64,000 nucleotides of DNA. Source: Bispira polyomma (Eukaryota). The notes under the pieces are model-generated. The model worked only from the letters and a program-made list of their open reading frames with translations. It ran no database searches and was not told where the DNA came from. Where the stretch lies: assembly GCA_965649765.1 (NCBI GenBank), contig OZ287752.1:35898001-35962000 (forward strand), read 5' to 3'. The translations under genes and the position numbers were made by a program. Every line of letters begins with the position of its first letter. The stretch's first letter is position 1. Shown in pieces: positions 12,760 to 23,932 of this stretch.

Positions 12760-15045
12760 TCTAAAAACCCTAAAAAAAATTTCCAAGAAATTACAAAACT
12801 GAATAGTCACCAGTGTTCAACAAAACATTACTGGCATCTATTAAAGACAATTTATGGCAATAAGCATAACCCAGTATACCAAGTATTATAGATGGTGATA
12901 ATATAATATCAGTGACAAAACAGAAAGCTGACTTGTTTATCAACATTTCCGGTTATAAACTAAACAAAATATTTGAAGTACCAAACTACTGTTAATTTTC
13001 AATTAACACAAATGAAGAAGAGATAGAAAAGATTATTAGTTCTTTAAATATAAAAGAAACTAAGGGTCCAGATAATATCAGTAATAAACTCTTTAAAGAA
13101 GCCTCCTCAAGTATATCCAGTTCCCTGCGTTGTTTATTCAATTTTTCGTTGTCAAAGGGGACAGTACCTAAATGTTGGAAAATGGCTAACATCACACCTG
13201 TATTCAAAGGAAAGGGTAGTAAACAGGAAACAAAGAATTATCGCCCTATCTCATTGCTATCAAATGAAGGAAAATTAATGGAACATTCAGTGTTTGAACA
13301 TGTGTATAAATACTGTTTTGAAAACAAAAATTTTAACATGGAGAATTTCGGGTTATAAACCAAATGACTCCACAGTTAATCAACTATTAGCTATTACCCA
13401 GAAAATCTATCAGGCCTTAGAAAAGGGTGAATATTACTGTTTTATATCATTAGATGCAACCGTTGCATTTGACCGAGTATGGTATACAGGAATGATTTAT
13501 AAACTGCACAAAATTGGTATTACTGGGCCACTTTTAGAATGGTTTATCGATTATTTAAATGATAGAAAACAGGGAGTGGTTATTCGGGGATCGAAATTCT
13601 GAATATATAAGTATAATAAGTCCATTGCTGTTTCCAATCTACTTTATTGAAATGGTTGATGACTTAAAAACTGAGATATTTCTTTATGCAGACGATACCT
13701 CCCTATGTAAAGCAATATTAGGCAGTCAGAGTTGGGTTGGAAAGTTAAATCAGGATTAATTTAAAAAGACTAGAAAATTGGGGTAAGCATTGGCTTGTAA
13801 AGTTTAATCCCACTAAAAAAAATATATATTATTTTTTCAACCTTATTTTTCAGCCTTATTATTCAAATTTATATTTTGGAGATGAAACGATTTAGTGTGT
13901 AAATACCTTAACACATTTAGGGATAACATTTAATTCAAAACTGACACTGAATAAATAAATAGAAACGATCCTAGACAGAGCATACAAAATCACTATCACA
14001 ACTAAAACAGGTTTCATTCCAGTTACCATGTTTAGCAAAAAGGCAAATTTATATAAGTTTTGTGTGTCCGATCCTAGAATATGGTGCAGAACTGTTTGAC
14101 ATCTGTACCGACGAACAAAGTAAATTGTTGGTAAAGATTAAGCATAATTTTTGCTTAGCAATAACTGGTGCACATAAAAAAACAAGTAATAATTCTTTGT
14201 TGTCTGAGTGTGTTTTTCAACTACTACAAAAAAGACATAAAATAAATTTTTTTATCTTATTGATAAGTTACAAAATGGCCTTGTGCCGGATTATGTCCCC
14301 CTGTTGTGTCTGTTATATGTCCCCCTGTAGTGTCTGTTATATGTCCCCCTGTAGTGTCTGTTATATGTCCCCCTGTAGTGTCTGTTATATGTCCCCCTGT
14401 TGTGTCTGTTATATGTCCCCCTGTAGTGTCTGTTATATGTCCCCCTGTAGTGTCTGTTATATGTCCCCCTGTAGTGTCTGTTATATGTCCCCCTGTTGTG
14501 TCTGTTATATGTCCCCCTGTTGTGTCTGTTATATCGAATTATAAATTAAGATATGGTAAGAAAATAAAGCCAATGAAAACTAAAAAGAAATACTTTCATA
14601 CATTATTTTTCCATCCACTATAAGAGAATGGAACCTCCTAAATCAAAGTGTACAAGCTGCATTGTCAATAGAAACAGTCAAGTCAAAATTAAAAACAAAA
14701 CATATCTATGACACTACAGTAAAGCCGCTGTCCATCACAGTATGATTGGAATGTGTTTGAGTGCTTTAAACCATCACAGAAAATCTTTTAATTTCATTGA
14801 ATATGCCCTTATTGTGGTGTAATTATGGAGGATGCCGAACATTCCTTTTTAACATGTCTGTCCTTTGCTGCTCTGAGGTTGGAAAGGCTATGGCAAATAA
14901 ACATAGAAATACCTGAAATGAAAGTTAACATTGACAAAAATAAACTACTTCAATAATTATAAATTCACTGGTAGTTTTGATGTAGATAAAAAATTATTTG
15001 AAATTGTGCATTTATATGTAGGAAATTTGATAAGGTTCAGGTAAT
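12760..15045 (+). mobile_element. Decayed, 5'-truncated CR1-group LINE (ORF2 reverse transcriptase fragments)
   Basis: Fragments KGPDNI, WKMANITPVFKGKG..NYRPISLLS, DSTVNQL, AFDRVW, LYADDT, PILEYG and a C-terminal C-x-x-C...EDAEH...C motif (~14800-14860), broken by many stops and frameshifts. Confidence 0.9.
14292..14534 (+). repeat. 24-bp minisatellite, ~10 copies, inside the LINE ORF2
   Basis: Unit tgtctgttatatgtccccctgtWg repeated head to tail. Confidence 0.97.
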
Positions 15046-16004
15046 TGTAAATTGTTTTTCTGTATCATTGATAAATGTATGATGCATTGTATTAACAATG
15101 TTATGTGTAGCCTATATTTATTATTGTACATAATTAGATAATAGTATTTTCGATTACCACTTCAACTATATATATTTGCTGCAGAATTACATTACCCAGA
15201 AGTTCAGCTCTGATTCTGAGTATTGTTTTTAATAGTACTTGTCAAATCTTTTTAAATGTCATATTCTATTATCGACCATCAGTAGGTGTCAATCAATTCA
15301 TATTTAGATAATATTTTTTAGATATAATAACCACTTAAATCTATATCTATTTGCTGTAGTAGAAATTACAAAAACCCCAAAGTTATTAAAATGCTCCACT
15401 TCCTATTCCACCTTGTACCCCCTCCTCACCTCTCATCTCTCCCCCACCACCTTACTCCCTTTTGTACTTCAGCAATGACATTAAAAGCTTCCCTCCACTC
15501 CTCCCTCCTATTCTTTCAAATGCATCAGCTTTAATGGACTCAGCTGGTCTAAGTGCAGACAGAATAAGTCTTCTACTTTACAACTAAAAGAAACATCCCT
15601 CCACACTAAATGTATTGCAGTTTACATAAATTGCTTCTTTTAATCCCCCAGTCCCTTTTATTTGTAGGGACGTTTGATGGGGAAGGGCTTCTCACACCTG
15701 CTAGCTTTTAGAAAGAACTACTTTTCTGTAACTCCAGTGAGCTTTCACATTTTTGAATTGACACCATTGCATAGAGGAAAACATAAAGATGAGTCTCGGA
15801 CAAAGATCAGTTCAGTTGTCCTTGTAAAGCCAGTAAGCGGTAATAAGTTTGGGTTGATAGTTGAGGTTGTAAGTTAAGACAATAATTTATGGTTTGAGGT
15901 ATTTTATTTTCTGTACAGGTTAGTATAAAAGTGTATATACAATTCAAGGTAAAAATAAAAGGACAAATTTAAAATATCAGAGATTTTTAAAAGCCCAAGC
16001 CAAA

Positions 16005-16982
16005 CTAAACAAGGGGGGGTATGGAGGCAGCAAAAGTCAAAGGTACTGCTGAAGCAGCTTGTGAATTTTTCTGTAGGTATGACCATATTGCTGAGTATCT
16101 CCATAATCCATGGGACATAATGTTCTGGAGAGATACATTATGATCAAAAGCAAAAGTGGCCCCAGAACGCCTGAATGTGTGAAAAGTGTGACCTATATGT
16201 GGAATGCCAACATGTTCTAATACTGTAGAAAGAGCTGATCTGACATGTGAGTCTACAATGATCTGATGTGGGTGATTTTTGTCCACAAATAGAGGTTGGT
16301 CCTCTGGCAGAGGCCTGGTGTTAAGTAAATTCTGTAGAGCTGTGACTGGACAGAGGATAGCATTTTTTAACAAGGGAATTTGAATGATATGAAATTCTGA
16401 CCTGATCTGTAGGTTTTTTGCCCATTTCAGTATTGTATGGGCTCCTGGGTGAGCAAATATTATATCTTTCCTAAGAAAATTCCTGGTGGGATCAAATTTT
16501 GATCTGGAATGAGGTGCGATGTTGGACATTCTTAGAGAAGCAAAGAAGGATAGCAGAAATATAGCTCTATATAATGGGGGATCACTCAAGATATCACATG
16601 CTTTGGAGATGAGGGATAGATGGTGTATGTCGAAAATCCCTTTAGGAAGTGGCCTGAAAGAGGAAGTATGGGTTAAACTTCTAGTAAACATAGCAATGGT
16701 ATTGTTTTCAAACATGCTAAGATTCCATGATAATTTTTTGGCCATGTGTTTTATGGCTCCCAGGTAATTATTAATACTGGCAGGTGAAGAGCCTGTTTGT
16801 ACTAGGTATTCCAAAAAAGCTACTATAGAATGTGTGGAGATTTCCTTAATGCCAGCATAACAGTTAAAAGAAATGAATGTCTTAAACTGGTTGTTGTAAG
16901 CCATTGACGTCTGTGGACGAAGTGAGTTTGTTTATTCTCTGCCATGCTGAACTGGAAAAAGCTTGTGTGACTTGAGTGGAAC
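16005..16982 (-). CDS. Tyrosine recombinase of element A (intact ORF 16904-16005; homology extends to the predicted acceptor at 16982 across a 1-bp frameshift near 16930)
   Basis: Catalytic motifs LRMSN (R), HTFRRSGAT (HxxR), HGLW and IWSY (Y); CPV motif. Confidence 0.93.
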
Positions 16983-17002
16983 CTGAAATTACATGGTAAG
17001 AT

Positions 17003-19770
17003 CTAAAACTGTATTGGTATGTTTCTCCAGATACAATTTTCATTTAGAATATTAACTTGTTCCCCTTTAGGGGGTTCTTCTGAAAATAATCTAGACAATA
17101 AATTTGCTATTATGTTGTCCTTGCCCCTTATGTGTTGTATTTCAATAGTAATGTCGAAAATTGATGAAATTAGCCAAGTATTTCTTAAACAGAGTGATAA
17201 AAATTCGTCCTTGGTTTTGTTTGACCTTACTACCAGTACGACTGCCATATTGTCACAATTAATAACTATTCTTCTGTGTTTCCACTGCTCTCCCCAGACC
17301 CTCAGGGCCAATAGAATAGTCAACATTTCGATGTGTACTATAGTAAGTTCTCTGCCGTATATATTATATAGGGGTGTCGCATATATTTGGTTCATGTTAA
17401 GCAGGCGTCTATAGAAACTTCATTTTCCAAGGTAGTATCTATAGGTTTAATAAATGTGATACCGTTGTAGTCAGGTAGAAATCTTTTAAACCAGAGCAGG
17501 TCTGCCTTCATTTCCTCTGTTACTTTAAAACGCTTTGCTTGGCTGTTATTTCGAAAAGCTCTGAGTAACCGGTTTATGAAAATTCTGGCAGGTTTTACAC
17601 ATTTATGTATGTATAAAAGTTTGCCTAAGATGGATTGGAATTTAGTTCTGGAAATCCATTTTTTATTAAGTACATCCGAGCAGAGTTGGTATGTTTCCCT
17701 AATTTTTTCCTCTGTAATACTTATGATGCCGTTATCGATGTCTATATCAATGCCTAAACAAGTAATATTTGAACTTGGTTTTGAAATTTTTTCCGGGTTG
17801 AGTGGGAGGCCTAAATCAGTCACTAGTTTATGTAGTTCGTTGAATGCTGTGTCCGCTTCACCGGAAGTGGAGACACCGACGTAGTCGTCAATGTAGCAGA
17901 AAACTGTGTGTCCGATCTTGTCCATGTAGTGGGCTACCACGTCCGAGCAACGTTGAAAAGCCGCGGATCCATGTACCCAGCCGAACGTGACCGCGGGATC
18001 GACGTATGTCCGACCTTCAAAACAAATGCCCAATTTCATGGCGTCGGCTGAGTCGACCCTCAAATTTCTAAACGCTCGCGCTACATCTAGTTTGAATATT
18101 TTTGGATCCCTGGTGTTGCAAATTTTTTCCACTATATCGTCGATTGTTGGAAATTTCAGGTTAAATCGTATTCCATCAAAATGTTCTTTGTCAACGTTGT
18201 CGTTAACAGAATTTCCTTTAGGATATGATAAGTTTAAAATGACTCGTCTTTTATCTAGGTCTTTTGGCCTGGTTAACAGGGGAGAGCAGTGAAACCTTTC
18301 CTTATCTACAGAATCAGTAATAGGGCCTAACATTGCCCCGCACTTTTTCTCCTTGTCCAGATATTGATCAATAGCAGTCTTAAACTGAAGAGCAGAGTGG
18401 TGATTAGTGGTTTCGAAATTCCTTAGAGTATGTGAGTTTTTAAGTGAAAGTGGAAAGCCAAATTTGAGATATTGTAGAAGCAACTCATCTGGGTAATCTT
18501 TAAATACGTTTTCCCATGCTGGGATGTTAAGTCCAGAAAGCAGAGGGATTCGTGCCACTCTGTAATTCGGACATTTGGTATCACTGATAGTTTTAGCCCA
18601 TTTGGTCATTTCTTCAATTGAATAAATTTTTATGGGAGCCCTGTCGGGTCCACAAAATGTAAATTTAGTATCAGATAATGCCAAAAACCCTTTGGTCTTG
18701 TTGGGTAAGTTAATGTCCGTATCTATGATGTCAGATCCTGAGGTAGTTTGTATGGCATGCTCATGCTTTTCGATGAAGAGGTCGCACGGTGTAACTATAC
18801 CTGTATCCACATCTTTCTTTATCTAAGAGGGTAAGACATCAGAACATTCACTTAACAATATGTCTATTACATTAGTCATATAATCTGTGTAATTTGCATT
18901 ATACTGTTTCATATATGATACATCCCTACTATATTCTAGCCAAGACTGTTTGGCCACATATAAATCTTCATCAGTAACATTAGTCACGTAGTGACCCCTT
19001 CTGGTCACCATAGGAACCAAAGTCAGCAATGAATCTGCAGAATGGGTGATATGTATTTCACCAGGTGGGAGCTCGTTACATCTGTAATAGTAGCCTTGTA
19101 GGCCCCACAGCCCATCCCCTTGCATATAAAAGCCTGAAAACCTGTGTCCATAATCTTGGACATGAATTACCTGAATATTATATCCTTTTTCTGGTATACA
19201 GAAACCCCAGTTGGTTGTGGAGATCCTGACTCTATTTCCTTCAAACTCTTGACACACTCTAAGTATATCCTTACTTTTTAAGTTATAGTTCTCATCCCAC
19301 GTGTAATTTATCCCTATCCCCTTGTAATTTTCCTCTGGTACAATTTTATTGTACATTCCCTGGTTAACATAACCCTCATGATTTTCCAAATGTTTGAGAG
19401 TATTCAAGTATTTCTGTTGAATACTCTGTGTGGGTTTACTAGTGCTAGCAGTGCACCCAGTTGACCCGTTACCCTTTGTGGCCTGGTTCAATACACCAGA
19501 TTCTTTGTTCCCCTTACTACATAAAGTCACAGACTTATTTACAGACAACTGATTTTGCATTACAGTATTCATCTTACCTTTAGTACAACTAGAACTTTCC
19601 ATTAACTTGTTATAATCAACATTTTGACATGATTCGTTTACACATTTAATTTTTTTACTATTAGTTGCAAGTTTGCAAACTTCGTCTTTTACTTTAAGGT
19701 TATTAAAACCACATGTCACTGTGTCCCTATTGTTTAAAAATCTGCCTACTACTGGTAGTTGGTCACATTC
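17003..19770 (-). pseudogene. pol of element A: long leader + reverse transcriptase + RNase H, disrupted
   Basis: ORFs 19719-18823 and 18810-17392 are one frame split by a single TAG at 18823-18825; motifs RRVILNLSYP, KLDVARAF, FGW, YIDD, CLGI, DACLT; a short deletion/frameshift at ~17395 leads to RNase H (EMLTI, CDNMAVV, HIRGKDN). Confidence 0.92.
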
Positions 19771-21009
19771 CTATTTGTTTGGGTTAAGCCCTGTTTCCAT
19801 CTGTTTGGATGAGTTAGCTTTGTAGCATTTAAACTCCGGGTGTTGAGATTCCTTATGTAGAACTGTTGAACAATGCCAGCACACGTGTTTGTACTGCCCG
19901 TGGCATGCCTTATGTGAACATTTGCCGTTATTAAACAGCTTGCAAATCATTCTAGCTGCTGTTGAATTAGTAGGTAAGTTAGAAAACGTGGAGGTTCCGT
20001 TTCCCTTTGTGTTCACCATTGCCGTCTGGGAAGCGCTCAGGCGGTTAAGCGCCCATTGCGTCGAGTCGCCCCGAGAGAGCCGTCCTTCCTCTAGTTCCGT
20101 CATGTTAAGCGTCCATGCGGTTCTTACTACTTCCCATGGTAGAGATGAAGCATCTCGTAAAGCCAAAACAACTTGTTGGATTATCTCACGTGAAACTATA
20201 GGGTCAGTTACCTGGAGGGCGTTGGTTAGCTGCCCGGCAGCCCACTGGGGTAGTGATAAGTCATCATACGCAGAGCGTTTCTTGGCCGATCCCCCAGTGC
20301 ATCCCTCGTTGGGCCATCTTAATTTTGGGTTACTAATGGGTATGTCTGTAGAGTTAAAACGGCCAGATTTCTGCCTGAGAACAGCCTTACCTTGTTGGAA
20401 CACTGTTTGTGCCTGCATGTTGTACTCAGCTAACTTCAGGTTGATCAGGGCCTGGACATCCGGTAATGACTTAAGTACATCCAGTCGTGGAACTATGCCA
20501 TCTGATGCATAGTCAGATCTGCCCGTGGCGCCGAGTCCTTTCTGCTGTGTAGTAGCCAGCGTCGTCGCTCCCGTGTAAATGGTGGGTTGAGTGGAGAGAG
20601 CAGTACTGTCCTGTGATACTGCTGCCTTAGTGGTTTCTTTCGCCTCGACTCTGTCTAGTCGCCGAGTCAGCTCCGCATTGGATTGCTCCAGCCTCCTAAG
20701 AATCCCGAGCATTTCGGATTTGTGGCCCGATGGAGGAGGGTTCACGACTGCTGGAGTAGGCTGGTGCTGTGTATATTGAAGGGGAAGAGCTACAGCCGGG
20801 TTCACGAGGCCCAGAGTTTGGTTCTGAACGTTAATCGGGGACGCTAGTTGTGAAGATAAGACGGTTCCGAATCCCAGATTGGTGACAATACTGTCATCCA
20901 TGTTAGAGTTTAGTACCTTTGTTTTTGATGTCTTCTTCTGAGCCCTAGTTTTCCCCCCTACTGTAGCTGGTGTCTTCTTGGTAGAGCGAAGCTTCTCTGA
21001 TCGCCCCAT
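19771..21009 (-). CDS. Gag of element A (likely start MGRSEK at 21009)
   Basis: Coiled-coil-like segment, WPNE and YDDLSLPQW motifs shared with C gag, C-terminal CKLFNNGKC...HVCWHC...H....C finger; the upstream 37 codons are T-rich and UTR-like. Confidence 0.85.
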   Translation of the reverse strand: MGRSEKLRSTKKTPATVGGKTRAQKKTSKTKVLNSNMDDSIVTNLGFGTVLSSQLASPINVQNQTLGLVNPAVALPLQYTQHQPTPAVVNPPPSGHKSEMLGILRRLEQSNAELTRRLDRVEAKETTKAAVSQDSTALSTQPTIYTGATTLATTQQKGLGATGRSDYASDGIVPRLDVLKSLPDVQALINLKLAEYNMQAQTVFQQGKAVLRQKSGRFNSTDIPISNPKLRWPNEGCTGGSAKKRSAYDDLSLPQWAAGQLTNALQVTDPIVSREIIQQVVLALRDASSLPWEVVRTAWTLNMTELEEGRLSRGDSTQWALNRLSASQTAMVNTKGNGTSTFSNLPTNSTAARMICKLFNNGKCSHKACHGQYKHVCWHCSTVLHKESQHPEFKCYKANSSKQMETGLNPNK

Positions 21010-23932
21010 AACAACAATCATATATAACACACACATAAAATAATGTAGCAATATTAAAAACAAACAAGTGTATAAAAAAACTAAAATACTAAAAATGTAA
21101 AAATTCAGTGATGCCTTCATAAACTTGGCAACTTAAAATGTATGTGTTTCTTCACTGAATCTTATTCCAATATGGAGGAGCCCTAGCTTTTGGAGGGAAA
21201 ACTCTTGGTAAAGAAGCAATTTCATTGGTCAGCATTATGTGGGTGGACAGAACGAATGTTGGTCAGTTCTGCCTCCAGGGATTAAGGTAATGACAACTTT
21301 AGTGAGACAACTGAACCATCAGACCCCTGCTGGGTCGTGCTGTGCACACTAACCTGGAAACATGATTTTTTTTAGTTTTAACTACTACTTGCCAAACCTA
21401 GCACCCATTTAGAGAAGCATAGAAAAAAACCCACCATGGGTCAAATTAAAATTACTTTTGAGGACAGCCTTCTTTGTAGTCTGACCTCATTTTAAAATCA
21501 GCATTTTAAAAGCTCTATTTAAAGTAGAACTTTAAATTAAATTCACTTCAATTGTAAACGCCATATTAATTTAGCAGTTGGGACTTTGCTTAATAAAAAA
21601 AAACTTTAGAACAAGAGATTCTTAGTTCTGTGCAACAGAAAGAAAGTGGTTCTTGAATCTCAATATCAAACCTGAAAAAAAAAACAAAAAACATTTTTTA
21701 ACTCAAACAAATTTGATCTTCATCAAGCGACAACTGTGTATACATTTTTGCTCCACAAAAGTTTTTCTCAATGAGCATTGTGAGAGTTGAATTAGGCGTA
21801 TATTTGAAACTAGACTTGCTTTCAAGTCTTTACTGTTGGTGAAACACTGAATGACTGCTACAAGTTCCCATTCTGTTCATGAAGGGTCAGCACTAGTGTT
21901 TTTATAACTGCCAGCTTCTTCATTTCATTCTAAAAGTAACTTCAATCCACAGAGAGATATAGTTTGAAGGACCTTGCACAAGGTCCAATTTAAAACAAAT
22001 ATAAAACAAGTATTACAAGTAGGTATCACATGACTCGTACATTCCCAATCAACATCAGTTAATTAGATACAGAATTACGAAGTCAATAGATTTAGTGTAG
22101 CTTGTGATTATGTTACAAATGAAGAAAGCCATATTATTCCGTCCTAATTACTTCCTCCTCCAAGGAGGTTATTTGGCCTGTTCTAGTGATACGGTTTGTT
22201 TGTTTGTCACCATGTTTACACACGAAAACTATTGAACCGATTTACATGGCATTTGGTGGAGGTAGAGGTGACATTCATGTGTTAGGAGAGAATTCATTAA
22301 ATTGGAATGGAATTGAATCTTGCCAAAAGGGAATATCCAGGAATTGTTTTCACATTTAAACACTGTGGCACCTTGGCGGATGTATACATTCGATTGTGTG
22401 CTCTTAAAGTTACATTAAAGGAGTATCTCCCTATGGATATTACAGGAACCTGATAGTTAGTGCTTTCTGTATTTGACAATATTTATTTATGATACAAGCA
22501 ATGACACAAACAATGGATAAACAAGCTTTTAAATCCACAAAGAATGCCACAATTTCTTTAATGCCACAATTTCTAGACATCTAGTTTGTCAGATGCGGAC
22601 TACTAAACCATAAATGGATCAGAATAGATTAGTTAATGTGTTTCTGTATAAAATAAATAATTTGTCTGAAAAGTATTCCTTTTCAGTAACCTATTAGTGT
22701 GTGTTAAATACAACCTGATTAAATTTTTCTTGTCTACGGCATGTAATGTATAATGTGAAAACTATTTTGTATTATTTCCCATGCTATTTATAACCTTATT
22801 TATGAACAGACACAGATCTGAACTCCGACATCATCCGTGCAGACAGTTCACATTGGTAATACACAAAGTTTACTTTACAGAGGTCCTCTGGAAACTGGCC
22901 AAATTGTAACTAAAACTGAAAAATATACATGTATCATATTATGTACGATACCCTAATTGACAGTTACAACAATAAATGACATTTTATTTGTGTTTTGTAG
23001 GTCAACAGAGGCAAAAGTCTTACCGCAGTGAGAAAGTGGATACAAATCATTTTTTTAAAAACAGTCCTTGGAACCCCTTTGTGACGTTTTGGTGTGGCGA
23101 CATGGTTAAAATCTCCTGCATTTAATTTCCAAGTAACAAACACTAAAAGATCTTAAAAAAGTCAGTAACCATTTGTGACCTTTTCTATTATTGACTACAA
23201 GTTTCATTTAAATTAGACCCTGTTTCCTCGCCTAATACAAAAGGAAGGACAGAGGGATAAAAATAAAGTTTTTTAAAAGGACAGATAGCCACATTTTTCT
23301 TCTCCTTGAAAGACATTATTGGGCTAATTTGCTGAAAGAAGGAAGAAAGGCGAAAAAAATCCACTACAAAGGAATCATTGCCAACAGTCATGTCTCAAGA
23401 GTGCCGTGCAATGACATTAGCCAAAATATGGATTATGTAACAGGCTTTTTCACAGACACAATCTGTCAACGTCTCTTGTACAGGAACCAACAAGCCTTGT
23501 AATTGGCCAGTTCAAATGGATATTGTTTCCTGTACCTAAACTGTAAGAATAGGTTTTTTTGGCTTAACACATACTTACTATGAGAAAAAGTGATTGATTC
23601 CAAAATTCCACCTGGAATATATGTCTTTATATAGGATTGCCTGGAACAAGTGTCATGCTAAGTGAGCAAGCCACATAGATAGTCACACAATACAGAAAAA
23701 AACCCACATAGAATCAATGGTAGAAGTTAAACTCCTACACCGCCCTCAAAGAATTACAAGAGAACCTATTAAGTGTGTGTAGACAAGTTGCGCTGATAGT
23801 GTTACTGAATCTTTCCCCATAGCTACTGTTACCAGTTAACTTTTTTTCTCCGTGAACCCACAGCACACACACACAAATCCCTCTATTCAGAACGCAAAAT
23901 TGAAAACAGAGGCATCTACAAGGAGTTAAAGC

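Larger units (their letters stand above)
15620..21320 (-). mobile_element. Element A: tyrosine-recombinase retrotransposon (DIRS order, Ngaro-like), near full length, inactivated
   Basis: Order gag (Cys/His finger) - RT (YIDD) - RNase H - YR; no protease, DDE integrase or methyltransferase after RNase H; boundaries approximate. Confidence 0.92.

Noticed and set aside
14062-14623. Cys-rich repeat ORFs (CYMSPCSV)n and (ICPPVVSV)n resembling metallothionein or keratin-associated proteins
   Set aside because: They are translations of the 24-bp minisatellite inside a dead LINE
16519-20779. Plus-strand ORFs overlapping element A (e.g. 19889-20512)
   Set aside because: Antisense shadows of the gag/pol/YR frames with no recognisable motifs
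21010-21120. Hydrophobic N-terminal extension of A gag as a signal peptide or env-like membrane anchor (similarly 53771-53839 and 57357-57435)
   Set aside because: T-rich UTR or polypyrimidine-tract sequence translates as hydrophobic residues; not conserved between elements
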